Assembly (NCBI GenBank): GCA_001179505.1
Contig: CDMY01001040.1
Coordinates: 62,001-126,000 of the forward strand
DNA: 64,000 nucleotides
DNA from: Vitrella brassicaformis CCMP3155
Taxonomy: Eukaryota > Protista > Chromerida
Direction: 5' to 3'
Within the stretch, counting starts at the first letter, position 1; every line of letters begins with the position of its first letter. Positions 1 through 13,175 of this stretch are shown one piece after another. The notes beneath the pieces were generated by a model. The model was not told where the DNA came from. It saw only the letters and a list, made by a program, of their open reading frames with translations, and made no database searches. The translations under genes and the position numbers were made by a program.

Positions 1-664
1 AGACATTCACCGAGAGAGGGAGGCATACCGCGTGTGTCGTTCCTTCCCCCCGGCTGCCGAGATGAGATACCCACCCAGATCGATGGTGAGGAGGTCGAAG
101 ATGTCGATGCTCTCCATGGCTGCCCTGGTCGAGATGACCGTCTTGCCGTCACTCTTCTTGACCATCCGGCCAAACCGGTCCACCGTGACGTCTTCCATCA
201 GCTCGCTGGACACGTATGCGATGGCGAACAAGATGAGCAGTGTGAGCAGCCACCCCACGGCCGCGGCGGCGACGAGGCAGGCAAGGCTTCTGGTCACGCG
301 TTGCTGCCGCTCGACAAAGATGGCTGCCTGGGCCACGTCATCAAGGGTGAACCGACCGTCTCCATCCACCTCCCATTCCCGCAGTATCTCCATCAGCGTG
401 TGGCTGCAGGTCGCAGCGGGACAGCCAAACACCTCGCCAACCACCCTCTGGCAGCACACAGAACACACACATCAGCCACCATCCATTCGTGTGATCTCCT
501 TCCTTCGTGTGCCTTACTTCGAAGGTTGACGAGCGAGCCCTCGTCGCCACTGCTCTGTTCCTCCTCGGGACGCGCCTGGCGGGGGAGTGATCTGCGGAGG
601 CTGGCTCGTCTTTTGGCGGATCTGAGAAGTGAGCGCTGGCCAGCGGGGAGGTAGCTGACAGCAT
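1..664 (-). CDS. Small membrane protein with an EF-hand-like loop (3' end runs off the window)
   Basis: ATG at 664 (MLSATSPLAS...), GT-AG intron at ~448-517. Exon 2 encodes WEVDGDGRFTLDDV (DxDGDG-like loop), then a hydrophobic helix (LACLVAAAAVGWLLTLLILFAIAYV). A further donor lies near 69. Confidence 0.55.
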
Positions 665-1474
665 GGTGTGGGGAGCAGTCGCGAGGGAAAGAAAGAAGAG
701 GGAGAGAGGAGAAGAGGAAAGCGATTGAAAGTGCGAGCTCGCGATAAGCGCGCTTCTTTTTGAGGGGATTGAACGCAACGCTGAGGCCGTGTTCGGGCGT
801 CCATGTGGTGAGAACATGTCTAGAGGGAAGGGTTGTAAGTTGCCAAGATGTTTGGCGCATGTGCTGCCGAGATTGCAAGGATCGCTCGGTGTAATGTTCA
901 CGCATGCACTCTCACACGAAGGAGATAGTATACAGGCAACACACAACACACACGCACACACTCACACACACACACACATCATGGTGGAGGGGGCTTCTGG
1001 GGTCAACAATCACCACATCTTGCCGATGGATGGATGGATGGATGAGTCAGTCAGTGACGTTGCTCCTCCTTCCTTCCTCTCAACACGGACGGGCACATGC
1101 AGTACAGTGCGGTAGGTAGGTATCGTCCACTGCCGCCACTCATCCATTCAGCGCAAACTCAGTACCAACCAGACGAGATGAGATGAGATGAGCCGAGTCA
1201 AACCCTCAAGAACCAACCGGCCACACAAAATCTCCCTCCTTCCCCCCATCCCTTCAACCATCAATCGATCGCATCCCTCCCCTCCCCCCCACCCCCTCCC
1301 CCGCAGGCGGCCGGCTGGGCCACAAAATCGTACCATAGCCAGCCGGCCACAGCTGTCTTCATGCTGGTGCTTTGTCATGCTCATCGTTCCTCCGTGCTCA
1401 GTGGGGTATCCTAATGGTCCATCGAAAAACGACCAGACATACCATAACATTATAACCATATCGGGGAGAGAGAG

Positions 1475-1525
1475 AGATGGAGGGAGAGAAAAAGAGAGAG
1501 AGAGAGAGAGGTGAGGGAGAGGGGG
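1475..1525. repeat. (GA)n microsatellite tract
   Basis: gagagagagagatggagggagagaaaaagagagagagagagagagg. Confidence 0.9.
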
Positions 1526-3812
1526 AGATTGCAAGAGAATCCATCTCGTGCAAGCATGCAGAATGAATACGATTACGGAAAACGCAGAGAGCCGAGCTGG
1601 ATGAGACCCCATTTCAGGCTGTCAGCAGCTCAATGAACGAAACAGAATGACTGAATGACGGAGAGGTACATAGAGCGTTGCTGTACGTCTGTCTGTCGGG
1701 TGTGCTGTCATCGAGTCACGGTGAGACTCAGTGCGATAGCGACGGCTGTCGCATCGCAGAGGAGGACTGCTGCTGTCGGGCGTGCTTCAAACGCACCGCA
1801 GGAGCACCGTAGTGAGACGGACGTGTAAACAGACAGAGATGTAGACGGACAGACAAGACAGCTGTGTGCAGTCAGTCCCCATGGTTCCCGACTCTAGAAA
1901 GACGCGACGCATGCACATCATTGACAGACACCATCTTGAAAGCCACTACGCACACACACTCTTGTTAGCTACAAATCACCAGCCAGCCAGTCTTCCCATC
2001 CCCGCCAACCCTACCCGGTCCCTCCCTTCCTCCCTGCCTCCCTGCCCAGTAAGTGCGCCCGCATATCATGACATCTTTGCCACCAGTGGGCCTCCTGTAG
2101 CCAACATGCGATCGATCCATTAGTAGCAGTCAGTATCCTCACTCACTCACTCACCAGACAGACAGACAGACACGTGTGTGTGTAGATACCTATCTAGTCT
2201 AGCCATAGGACGGAACGGACGGACGTGCTTTTATTTGATGTGTATGTATGTCTGGCAGTCGTCCACCCCAGTGGACCTGACTGCCTGCCTGCCTGCCTGC
2301 CCCGACCAGCCGACCGGCCGACCGCTCAATCAGTGTCGAGCCGGGCAGTGGTGTGTAAAAAACAGATTGCCCGCTTCACGCCCCTCCCCTCCCCTCCGCC
2401 CCCTCTCCCTCCCTCCCTGCCTGCCTGCGCTCCTCCCCTGCCAGCCATTCAGTGGGCGGCGGTGCGGTGCGTGTCAGTCAGCCACGTAGCTCAATTCGAC
2501 ACACACGGCGCAACCACAGGCAGGTGGCGGAGAGAGACGCGCCAATCCAGCATCATCCATCATCCATCCATCCGTCCATCCATCCATGCGTTCTTCCCGA
2601 CTGACCGACCAAGCGACAAAAAACAGTCTCTCACTCACTCAGGACGGACTGACATCGATCGCTCAAGCAAGCAAGGAAGGACATGGAAATGGGCACAGAC
2701 AGATACATACACTTCTGTGTACTTGGTCAACCTCTCGTGCCCCTTCTCGGTCTCCCCCCTCCCCTCCCCCTCTCCCTGTATGTGTGCCTCCCTGTCTGCC
2801 TGCCTGCCTCCCTGCCTCCCTGCCTGGACGCTCTCACGGTAGAAAATATGTGATCAATGTGATTGATGTGTGTGTGCTGTGCTGTGGGTGGAAAGCCCAA
2901 AGAAAGACAGACACATCTTCCCCCCCCCTCAAGAAGAGCAGGCACAACACTCACTCACTCACCCCTTCACATCAATCACAGCGTGCCGTGCCCCTGCCTT
3001 TGTTTTGTGGAGGAGAGCAACACGCAACACAACACAGAGCAACAACACAACTAGTAATCGAGGCAAGGAGGGTGGGCGGATGGGCGGGCGGATGGGTGGC
3101 AAAAGGAAGTGAGGCCCCAATGAATTAAAACCCAGCAAGATAGACACACAGGCAAGGCAGATCGCAACCTTTTTGTTTGTTTTGTAGGAGGGACACGACA
3201 CACACAAACAACCGGCCACGCACAGCACATACTCATAAACCTAGCTATAAACAGATCGGCACTCGCAGGCACGGATGGACAGCATGGACTCACTCACTCA
3301 CGCGCACGCACACACACAGAGATGAATACAGGCAGACAGACAGACAGACATCGCACGGAACAGAAAGTCACTGCAAGGCAGGCAGGCAGGCAGACAGACA
3401 GGTGGGGGAGGCATGTGTGGAATGAGTGTGCGGAGTGTGTGCATCAGTACGTGAGCACCCACACTCGCCATGGTTGGATGGATGTGTGTCTGTGTGCGCG
3501 GCGATCAATGCTGTGTCTTCACTCATCTGTCTGTCTGTCGAAAAATACCCCTCTCGACGGATCGATCAGTCAGTCAACAGAAGACAGGGAGAGAGGGGCA
3601 CCAATTACCACATCCGTCCATGCCATGCAGGGACCCACAAGACACTTGATGCCCTGCCCGCCTCACTTGCCAAGCCCCTCCATCCATCCATCCACCATGC
3701 CATCGATAGTAGGCCACTCCAAAAATACCACATACACGCGAGCAGCACGCCACGCTCCCAGCACACTGAGAGGAAAAAACCGAACCGGCCTCTCCGCTCC
3801 TCTCACTGCCCC

Positions 3813-6800
3813 TCACTGACCCACCACGTGCTGCTGGTCCAGCGACCCTTGGCTCCCCTGCTGCTGCTGCTGTTGTTGTTGGCCGCCGTCACCGTCATAA
3901 CCCCACTGATGCTGCTGGTACTGATGGTGTTGCTGCATCAGGTTCACCACGCCAGCAGCAGCAGCAGCAGTAGCATTAGCAGGTGGGGGTGGCTGCATGC
4001 CCATCATAGTGGGAGGGAGGGGGGGCGGGGGCGGCTGATTGTGACCNNNNNNNNNNNNNNNNNNNNNNNNNNNNNNNNNNNNNNNNNNNNNNNNNNNNNN
4101 NNNNNNNNNNNNNNNNNNNNNNNNNNNNNNNNNNNNNNNNNNNNNNNNNNNNNNNNNNNNNNNNNNNNNNNNNNNNNNNNNNNNNNNNNNNNNNNNNNNN
4201 NNNNNNNNNNNNNNNNNNNNNNNNNNNNNNNNNNNNNNNNNNNNNNNNNNNNNNNNNNNNNNNNNNNNNNNNNNNNNNNNNNNNNNNNNNNNNNNNNNNN
4301 NNNNNNNNNNNNNNNNNNNNNNNNNNNNNNNNNNNNNNNNNNNNNNGGGGGGGGGGGGGGGGCGTGTCCGTACCCTACCTACCTGCATGGGCTGGTGCAT
4401 CTGCTGTATCTGCTGCATCTGCTGGTTGTAGTACACCTGATACTGCTCGGGCGACATCAGCGGACCACCACCAGACGACGATGAACCGCCACCCCCTTGC
4501 TGCTGCTGCTGCTGCTGCTGGTGCTGTGGGCCTCCTTCCCCCGCCCCCTGGCCTGCCGTGTGCATGTAGGCCGCTCCATAGCTACCCTGCCGGCCACCAT
4601 AGGGCATCACACCACCCGGCCCCCTGACGTTTATCGCACTCAGCACGAAGGGGGGTGCGGGTGGCCCATTGGGCACATAGAAGTTGGCCGACTGGCCGTA
4701 GAGAAACCGCCTCTGTCCGTCCTGCTGTCCCTGTGCGATAGAGAACGAGGGAGGGTACCCCTGTTGATGCTGCTGGGGGCTGGGATTGGCCATGTCAGGC
4801 TGCGGGGGGCCAGGTGCCACCTGGGCGCCAGAAGGGCCACTGGATGAGGGTGGGGGCGGGTGCACGAACGGGGGCCTGCTGGTGGGGTGATGGTGCTGCT
4901 GATTGTGTGGGGGCCCAGGGCCGGCTAGTGCCATGGGGTGCACCTGCAGGCTGGCAGGTGTGGGCGGGGACGGGGTTGGGGTGGGGGCGTATGTGGGGGT
5001 GGCGAGGCTCGTGTTGGGGTAGGTCTCCTGGTGGTCCATCGGCTGGGGATTCATGGGAGCACCGCCACCACCACCAGCACCACCACCACCAGGAGCACCA
5101 GCAGGAGCAGGAGCAGCAGGCGGCGGGAAGAAGGCCATGGCTGGTGGAGGGACGGGGTGGTGGGGCATGCCCCCTCCCATGCCCATGGATGGTGCTCCCA
5201 TGGGGCCCATGCGAAGCTGCTGCTGCTGCTGCTGGATGTGGGGGTCGTCCTGGTGGCTGTTGCTCAGTACGGAGGGACTCGCCTCGCCAATGTACTTGTA
5301 GGCCTGCCGACACACAGGGAGATGTGATGTGTGGGTGGATGGGTGCGGATGTCTGTGTGTGTGGCGCGTACGCTGTGCATGATCCGTTCCCATTTGGTGC
5401 GGAGCCTGTGGTTCTGGAGTGTCTTGAGGTTCTTGTTGATGGCCTTCTGGATGGCCTTGGCCTGCTCGGGGTCAGACAACTCAAGGGCCTGTGGAGCACA
5501 CAGACAGACACATGTGCACCACACCTAGCCACTCGATCGTGTCCTGGGTACACTCATGATTGACCTTCTGGACGACATAGTTGCCGTATGACGACTGGAT
5601 GAGCACCGCCATCTTGTCGGGCTTAATCAGCTCGCCCACAAACTCGGCACGCAGCGCCTGTTTGTTGTACGCAAGGCAGACATACACACATCAGATGTGA
5701 GATTGTCAATGGTCATTCCTAGCTAATGGGTGTTTTGTTGGTTGGCTGGTGGTCTGACCGGGTCTGCCTTTTCGATGCACTTCTCGACCACATTGGATGA
5801 GAACTTCTGGATCGACAGCGACAGCATTTTGCCCCGGAAGCAGTGCAGGATGCGCCGCACGGCGTCCTCGGGCCAGTGCTGCACAGGGAGGGACAACAAA
5901 CAGAACAAACAGGCACCCACCCACCCCTCCATTATGTATGTGTGCTTATGAGCGGGTCTTTGTCTCCCACGTCCATTGCGTGTTGGACGGCGTAGTTGCC
6001 GTAGGGGCTCTGGACGAGGTGCATGGCGTGTGTGCAGAGGGTGTGGAGCATGGCCTGGTGGAATCGGGAGCCCTCCGTCGCCAAAGTGATGCACTTCTTC
6101 ACCACACACAGGCCATATGGGCTCTGCGCCACCTGCACACACCCATGGCATCCACACACCACCTCTGCCACTCTCTCCATCTGTGTGTGTGTGTTGTGTG
6201 ACCGACCTCGGTGATGTTGTTTCTGATTTGGTGGAAGACCTCGTCCACTCCCTGTTCGGTGAAGCAGATGAGCATGCGCTGCACCACGTGTGTGCCGTTG
6301 CAGTCGGAGGCCAGCTCAACCAGGTGGTCACGCAACGTGTCGATCAACATGACCTCCTCCTCAGCTGTGCTCAACAAACCTGCACACACAGCCATGGCAG
6401 AGACAGACAGACAGACAGACAGGGAGGGATGTTCTCACTGCTGGTGCGTTGCTTTGCGTCGTGTGGTTTGGTGTGGCTGATGGGATAGGCATATACCTAC
6501 CAATGAGTGACTGCAGGGCGTGGGTGCCCCTGCGGTCCTTGGCGATGCGCGTGGCGTTCGGACGCAACTGAGAGGGAGAGAGGGAGGGAGACAGCAAAGG
6601 GACTCCAACCATACCATTGTGAGGTCGGTTCGGTGGTTCTTGCTTGTGTCACGTCAGTCACCTTCTCGAGCATGTTCTTCCTCTGTCGTATGCTGCAGGC
6701 CTGGAACAGCTGCTGGCACAGGTAGTTGCCATACGAATCAGTCTATGGCAGAGAGAGGAGAGGGAGGGAGGGAGGGAGGGACGGAGGGAGGGACGGAGGG

Positions 6801-9800
6801 AGGGACGGAGGGAGGGAGAGAGAATGGATCAATAAGGGTACCCACATACAAACCACCCCTTTGTGTCCCTTCCCTTCCTTACGTACCATCAGCGTGGTGA
6901 GATTCTCCTCCACCTCCTGCAGTGCAGTGCAATGTGAACAAAAGAGACAGACGTCTCACGCACAGCACACGTCGGATCGATCCATCTGTCTGCCGCCTGG
7001 CTGAGCTGAGCTGACCGATAGGATGAGCATGACGGTCTCGGGGTGCCCCTTGCACAGCTGCCGCTGCAGGTACCTGCTCCCACTCTGGATCTTCGACAGC
7101 TCCATTACCCGACCCGACAAGTCAGGCGCACCCTCGTACGTGTCGCGACTCTTGGGCGTGAAAAATCGCGACGAAGGCCCGCTGCCGCTGTTGCCACTGT
7201 TGTCCCCCACACACCGACCACCCCGCCCAGTGCCCCCACACCCACTCATGCTGCTCCCCCCGCCGGACGACTCACTCGCAGCCCTGCCTGGGCCGTAGAT
7301 CCGGCCAGTTCCCCGCCTTTGCTGTAGCGACAGCGGCGCTGCTGTGGTGCCATTGGCGTGTGTGGTGCCGTCAATGGGGCTGGGGGTGGACGAGGCATTC
7401 GCCACAGAGTCGGTGACACACCCGCCACCACCCATGGTCATGCCCATGCTCATGGTGGGGGCCTGGGCGTGGGCGTGGGGGTGTGTGAGGCTGCGGACGT
7501 TGAGCGGGAGGACGGCGACGGGTGGTTCGAGCATCTTGTGCTCGCCGTTCTTGTCCCGGATGGAGGTGATGACGGTCGTCCCACCGTGGCCATGCACGAG
7601 GGCATGCTCATGGACGTCATCCTGCAGCTGGTGGTGGTGCTGCTGCTGATGGTGATGGTGTGGAGGTGGGGCTGGGTGCTCCTCGGTCGTGAAGGGGATC
7701 CGTGGCAGGCCAGTGATGGCCTCCCTGCCGTCTGGCGACATAGAAGACGATAAGGGATGGTCCACATGAGCCACAGACCGCGGCAGGACCGGCGAGCAGT
7801 GCAGCCGCGCCAGGCTGGAGTCGTGGTCATGGTGGCCACCACCAGGTCCGAAAGATGATACAAACCCCTGCTGCTGGTGGTGGGTGTGAGAGTGAGAGTG
7901 AGGGTGAGAGGGGTGTGCGGCGTAGGGCGTGTGGGTGCTGCTGGCGGTGCCGTCCTCCTGGCCCTGGCCGTGCCGGATGAGTGGGAGTGGGTACTTGTGG
8001 CGAGGGTGGTAGGTGTGGCCCATAGTGTGGGGGAATTGATGCGCACTGTTGGACGGGTGCAGGATGTCCGCCGATGCCGCTCGCACTACTGCCAAAGGAC
8101 AAGCCGAACCGACACACAAGTGATGTGTTCAAGGGTGCCGGTGGTGGTGGTGGTGGGGTTGAGTCTCACCTGGTCCGCTGCTGTGTGAGAGATCGGCCCC
8201 CTCTGCGCCTGGGGCGTCCTTGTGGAGGATGAACGACGAAGATGGCGGGATGGATAGCGACAGAGAGGCCTCGCTGTCACTGACCAGATAATGCAGCCAC
8301 ACACCCACCAATGGTACGGAGGGGGACGGGGCGGCGGGGGTATAGCTTAGCTTGGCTTACTGTCGCTCGTTGTCTTGCAGGTTGGTAAGCGCCATGATCT
8401 CCTCCTCCTCCTCCTCCTCCTCCTCTCCATCGCCATCCCCTTCACCCTCCTCGGCGCACTCCTCGTCACGCTCCACGTGACCTGCACAACACCACACAAC
8501 ACCACACCACACGCCACACACATGCCACTCAGCCAGTTGGTCTGTCGGTCTGTGTGGGAGCGGGGGGTCAGACCTTTGCCCCTGTGGTGCACCGGGGTGA
8601 GGTTGACGTGGTTGCTGGCCTGGCCGAAGATATCGCGGATGTACTTGGGCACCTCAGGCGTCTGCGCGCGCCGCCGCAACGGACCTGAGTGAGTGTGGGG
8701 TGGGCGCGGCGCACAAGGGCTATTGTCAATCACAGAAGGCAGCAGAGGCTGTGGTCTGTCCGACTCACTTGCGACAGGCGGTCTTGGTGGTCCGGGTGAT
8801 GTGGGTCCGCCTCCGCCCGACCCCGACACGTGGCCGAGGGCACTGCTGGACCGCCCGATTGGATACGGGCTCACACCCAGACCATAGCTCAACCTGACAG
8901 ACACAACCAACATACACACATCACATCCACACAATCATGAAATGAAGCGATCGATTCAATCCGCGCCTTCATCCACCCCACCCAAGCAGCAAAGCAGCCC
9001 TCCTGCGTTGCGCTCACTCGTGTGCGTGTGGCGACTGGAAGGATGCCCTGCCCCTGCCCTCTCCCCCTCCCCCTCCACCGACAGCAGGGTGGTCCCTGGG
9101 GGGGTTGGGGCTGTTGGGGGGATGATGGTTGTCTGGGGGTGGGGGTGGGGGAGGCGGCAGATGGTGACGTTGGGCATGGTGGCTGGTGGTCGACCACGCC
9201 CCACCAGCAGCTGCAGTGCCATCGTCACCTGCTCCTCCCCCCCTGCTGTCCACCATTTCACTCTCCTCCGTGACATTATTGTTGGTCGGCTCGTTGGTCG
9301 TGCTGCCGTTGGTATGCCAGCCGAACCCTGGCAGCGATGCGTGCCGCGAGTGGTGGTGGAAGGGCGACGAGTATGGTGGGTGTTGGTGTTGGTCTGGTTG
9401 TTGTCCTCCTCCACTGCTTGTGGTGGTGTTGGTGTTGTTGGGGTTGGCTTGTGTGTGGGTGTGGGTGTGGACGTCAGGCTTGTTGTTGACGGGTCCATGG
9501 CCGTGTCGAAACGAGTCGTGCAGCTCCCCTGGACCACCACCGGCACCCGCCGAGTGCATCGGATCCTCTGATGGACGATGGACACACACACACGGACAAA
9601 TTGAGTTGGTGTGGGTGAGTGAGGGGGTTGTGTTGGTCGTGGGGGTATGTCAAGGGTGTGGTGAGTGTCTGGGTTAGGGGGGCTAACGTACCGCTGACTG
9701 ATGTGGAGGTCTTGTCGCTGTAGTGTGTGGACTGGGCAGACGTGGGCCGCCTCTCGGGATCTGCCGGATCTGTGCCGCTTTCTTCCACACAACAACCTGA

Positions 9801-9810
9801 TTCCAACCTG

Positions 9811-9842
<32 letters not shown>

Positions 9843-10534
9843 TCGATCACCCCTTGACAACACAGCTTTGTGTGTGCGTGTGAGTGTGGACCAGCCTGGT
9901 GCTGGTGCTCGTGTGCCGTGTGTGTGCTGGTGTGTGTGTTGTGTTGTGCATACCGTTGTGTGAGTTTGCCTGAGGTGAGGTGTGCGGGTTCCTGTGTGGT
10001 CGTCGACGTGAAGGGGTGGTGGTGGTGTAGGGGGGTGCTGCTGTCGGTGGCGTGGTGTGGCGACGCTGTTGCTACAAGGCCATCACCCGCCGGACCTTGC
10101 CGGTGTTGCAGTCCTTCTGTCGCCGATGAAGCTGCCGGTACCTGACACGCAATGCACAACACACACACACAGAGAGAGAGAGAGGGGATAAGTGAGCTCA
10201 CACCTATGAGACAGGCAGTGGGTCCACGGCATTCACATCAGCGAGACAAGGCAGCCACGCCAAGCCACAGACGCACCCACCCTACTGGCTACCCCTCGCT
10301 CTCTTCCTCTCTAGCTGAAGGAAGAGCACTGCGCTGCCTCCATCCATCCATCCACTCAGTCACCCGCAGGTCAAGTCACATTGCAAAGGCCTCCCCGCCT
10401 CCCTCCCACCCCCCCACGACGCCTCCCCACGACCCTCCGTGAGACGTGCACCCCTCCCACACGCACTCGCCACGCCCATCGGTGCCACTGACCTGTGTAG
10501 ATATGCCTCTGTCTGCCGGGCACACAGAGTACAT
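3813..10534 (-). CDS. PUF: Pumilio/PUF-family RNA-binding protein, multi-exon, with long low-complexity N- and C-terminal regions
   Basis: Eight Puf repeats in exons at 5400-7110 (GSRYLQ, GNYLCQ, GTHALQ, GTHVVQ, GLCVVK, GNYAVQ, SSNVVE, GNYVVQ). The 5' exons join in frame through GT-AG introns from a putative ATG at 10534 (MYSVCPADRGISTQ|VPAASS...). The start codon is inferred, and the C-terminal tail spans an N-gap. Confidence 0.93.
4047..4347. other. Assembly gap (run of N) inside the last PUF exon, bordered by a poly-G run
   Basis: Ns at 4047-4347, followed directly by about 16 G residues. Confidence 0.99.
6750..6822. repeat. (GGGA)n / GGGACGGA(GGGA) tandem repeat inside a PUF intron
   Basis: gagggagggagggagggagggacggagggagggacggagggagggacggagggaggg. 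Confidence 0.9.
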
Positions 10535-11184
10535 TGCCCCTGGCGGCGGAGCGGGGGATGCCGGGCCTCTCAGCCGCTCCACACGTGCATCTCCGTCGCA
10601 GCCCAGCGGCAAACGCCTTGATCTGAGGAAGAAATTCCGTGCTTGCCGACGCGATCTGGGTGTGCCGGGAAAACGGCCTGTCGGAGCCTGGGAGGGGAGG
10701 AGGTTGCCTGGGTGTCCTCTGCCCCCTCAATGAGAGTAGATCAGCCCGACCAGCATGCTCAGCGTGCGATACTGGGGCACGGAGGAACGTCTGGATGAAG
10801 TTCGGGATTGGTGGCTCAAAGGCCCCTGGTTGACGTCACAGGAGCGTTCGAGAGAGATCTCCGCACCTTCTGGACACCGCTAAGCCCGCATCTCCCGAAA
10901 ACCGCTGTGTGTCGATCTGCGAGCTTAGATAACAGAACAAGACCTCTCCTTCTGTTTTGGACACGTACGACAGCCGTCAGGCGCAGCCGAGCTGTCGAGC
11001 TCCCAAACTCGACAAAAAATCCGGCGTCAGGGCGATTTTGCTGCCGAACGGGCATCGAAGAGGCGCTCGGCACCGACACAGCCGCAGAGGCGTAGCTGAA
11101 AGCTCCCCAAAGCGTGTAGGAGACGATCCACGTCCGACGACCGTCTGGGAGGTGCATCTGTGTCTGTGGAGTTGATTCAGCATC
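10535..11184. promoter_or_regulatory. Putative bidirectional promoter/5' UTR region between PUF (-) and RER1 (+)
   Basis: Divergent start codons about 650 bp apart; the interval is nearly free of microsatellites. Confidence 0.45.
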
Positions 11185-12102
11185 ATGATGGCCAGCGAGG
11201 AGATAGTGGAGGCGACGTTCCCGGTGCGGCTGGCCAAGTCGTTCGGTCGCATCTACAGCAGCTACATCGACCGAACGGCGACCTACATCAAGGGGAGGTG
11301 GCTCTTCTTCTTCGCCATGGTGGCGCTGTTCGTGCTGCGGATCTACCTCACGCAGGGCTTCTACATTGTCACATACGGGCTGGGCATCTACCTCCTCAAC
11401 CTCCTCATCGGCTTCCTCTCGCCACAAGTCGACCCCGAGACCGAGGGGCCCGTGCTACCCGTGCGCGATGCTGAGGAGTACCGCCCCTTCCAGCGGAGGC
11501 TGCCTGAGTTCAAGTGCTGGCAGTCGGCCACACGGGCAGTCGTCATATCCATCACTATGACCTTCTTTCGAATGTTCGACCTGTAAGCCAGCCAGCCAAG
11601 CCATGGATTATTGAGGGGGAGGGAAGGAACAACGAGGAGGGAGAGGAAGATCTCCTTGTCATGATGTGTTTCGTTGCTCGCTCGGTGTGGTGTGTGTCAG
11701 GCCGGTCTTTTGGCCGATCCTTCTGATGTACTTCCTGGTGCTCTTCGTCTTGGTAAGCGGACGGACGCTAGCTAGACTCTAGCACTCGAGATGGATGGCT
11801 CGACGGACGGACGGATGCATCGATTGGGGATTGCGCTGCGTGTGTCCCTCCGTGTGCTCTCATCTCATCTCAGACCATGAAGCAGCAGATTCGGCATATG
11901 ATCAAATACCGGTGAGTGAGCCAGCCACCCAGCCAGCCCAGCCACGTGTTGTGTTGGGTGTGGCGAATCGAATCAAGCTCGTGCATTCATTTCATTCTAT
12001 CGTGTGTGTGTGTGTGGCCACTCCACTAGGTATGTACCTTGGTCGTGGGGCAAGGCCAGGTACGCCTCTTCCTACGGCGACGTCCCACTACACTCCAAGT
12101 GA
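11185..12102 (+). CDS. RER1: RER1 ER-retrieval receptor, 4 exons
   Basis: Exon 1 has GFYIVTYGLGIYLLNLLIGFLSPQVDP and EEYRPFQRRLPEFKCW. Later exons give PVFWPILLMYFLVLFVL, TMKQQIRHMIKYR and YVPWSWGKARY, ending at TGA 12100-12102. These are hallmark Rer1 motifs. Confidence 0.97.
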
Positions 12103-13175
12103 CCCGACCCCGCCCACGGCATTCGTGAGCTCACTCATTCGTTCCTTGCCTGGCCTGGCCAGCCGTTTCATCCCCGCCCTGTGTATAGCGTAGCTGCCCG
12201 TCAGGACGGACCGACGCGGGAGAGAGAGGTCACGAGGTCACCAGTGGTGTTGGTTGGCGTGGGTGCATGGCATGACGCGTCGCCTGTAGACTGATGACTG
12301 ATGGATGGATGGACGGACAGACATGGTGGATGGATGGAGGGATGATTAATGCCCCCTTTTTGTCGTGAGGTCAATACATGGCCTTCAGTAGTTACGTAAT
12401 GGTCACATCCGAGGTATCGCCTTCTTGTTGACACCACAAACGCACTCATGTAATCAGACAGGCAAGCACATGCCCGAGTTGCCTGCCTGATGCGATGAGG
12501 GAGGGTGTGGCATCAGCAAGGCGTCCCTGTCAGTCTGTTGCTCACTCACTCACTCACATCCCTCCTCCCAACCGAAGAGACTGACATACAGCAACATTCC
12601 GCAAGCAGCAAACGGCCAGGGAGTGCACTGCACTGCAGTCGAGAATGAGGTGAAAGCAGCCGAGTGCTGACTGTTTCACCGACTGACTGACCGACTGACC
12701 GGCACAGGTCCGCACTCCCCCCATCCCTCCTTTCAGTACGTGGAAAAAAGAGTCGCTGGTCAATCGATCGCATCACTCGCAAGAAGACGTCCACGTGCTC
12801 ACGTACGACGTCGCTTCGTCGCGCAGACACCAGTCAGGGATGGGATGGATTGATGTGGATGGCACGGGGTAAAACGCCATGTGCACCGATCAACACAAGA
12901 GGGCAATACCTAACCTACCCTACCCAGTCAGTGAGGGGCAAAACATGGGCAAAAACACTGCTGATGTGCCTGCATACAGCACAGCCATGGGTGTGGACTC
13001 TCGCCTGTGGCGGGCCCGATACCACTGTACAAGGAGGAGGACGCAGGCACCCACCCGTGCATGCCCTGCCCTGGACCGATGGACCGACCGATGGACCGAC
13101 GGACGTCTTGAAAGCAATCGATCAAAAGACAAAAGGAGACCAAAAGGACCGCGGACCGAGAAACGCACCCATCAT

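Noticed and set aside
6750-6822. Regularly spaced repeats as a possible CRISPR array (also 62800-62938 and 13068-13100)
   Set aside because: They are simple tandem units with no unique spacers, and no cas genes are present in this eukaryotic context.
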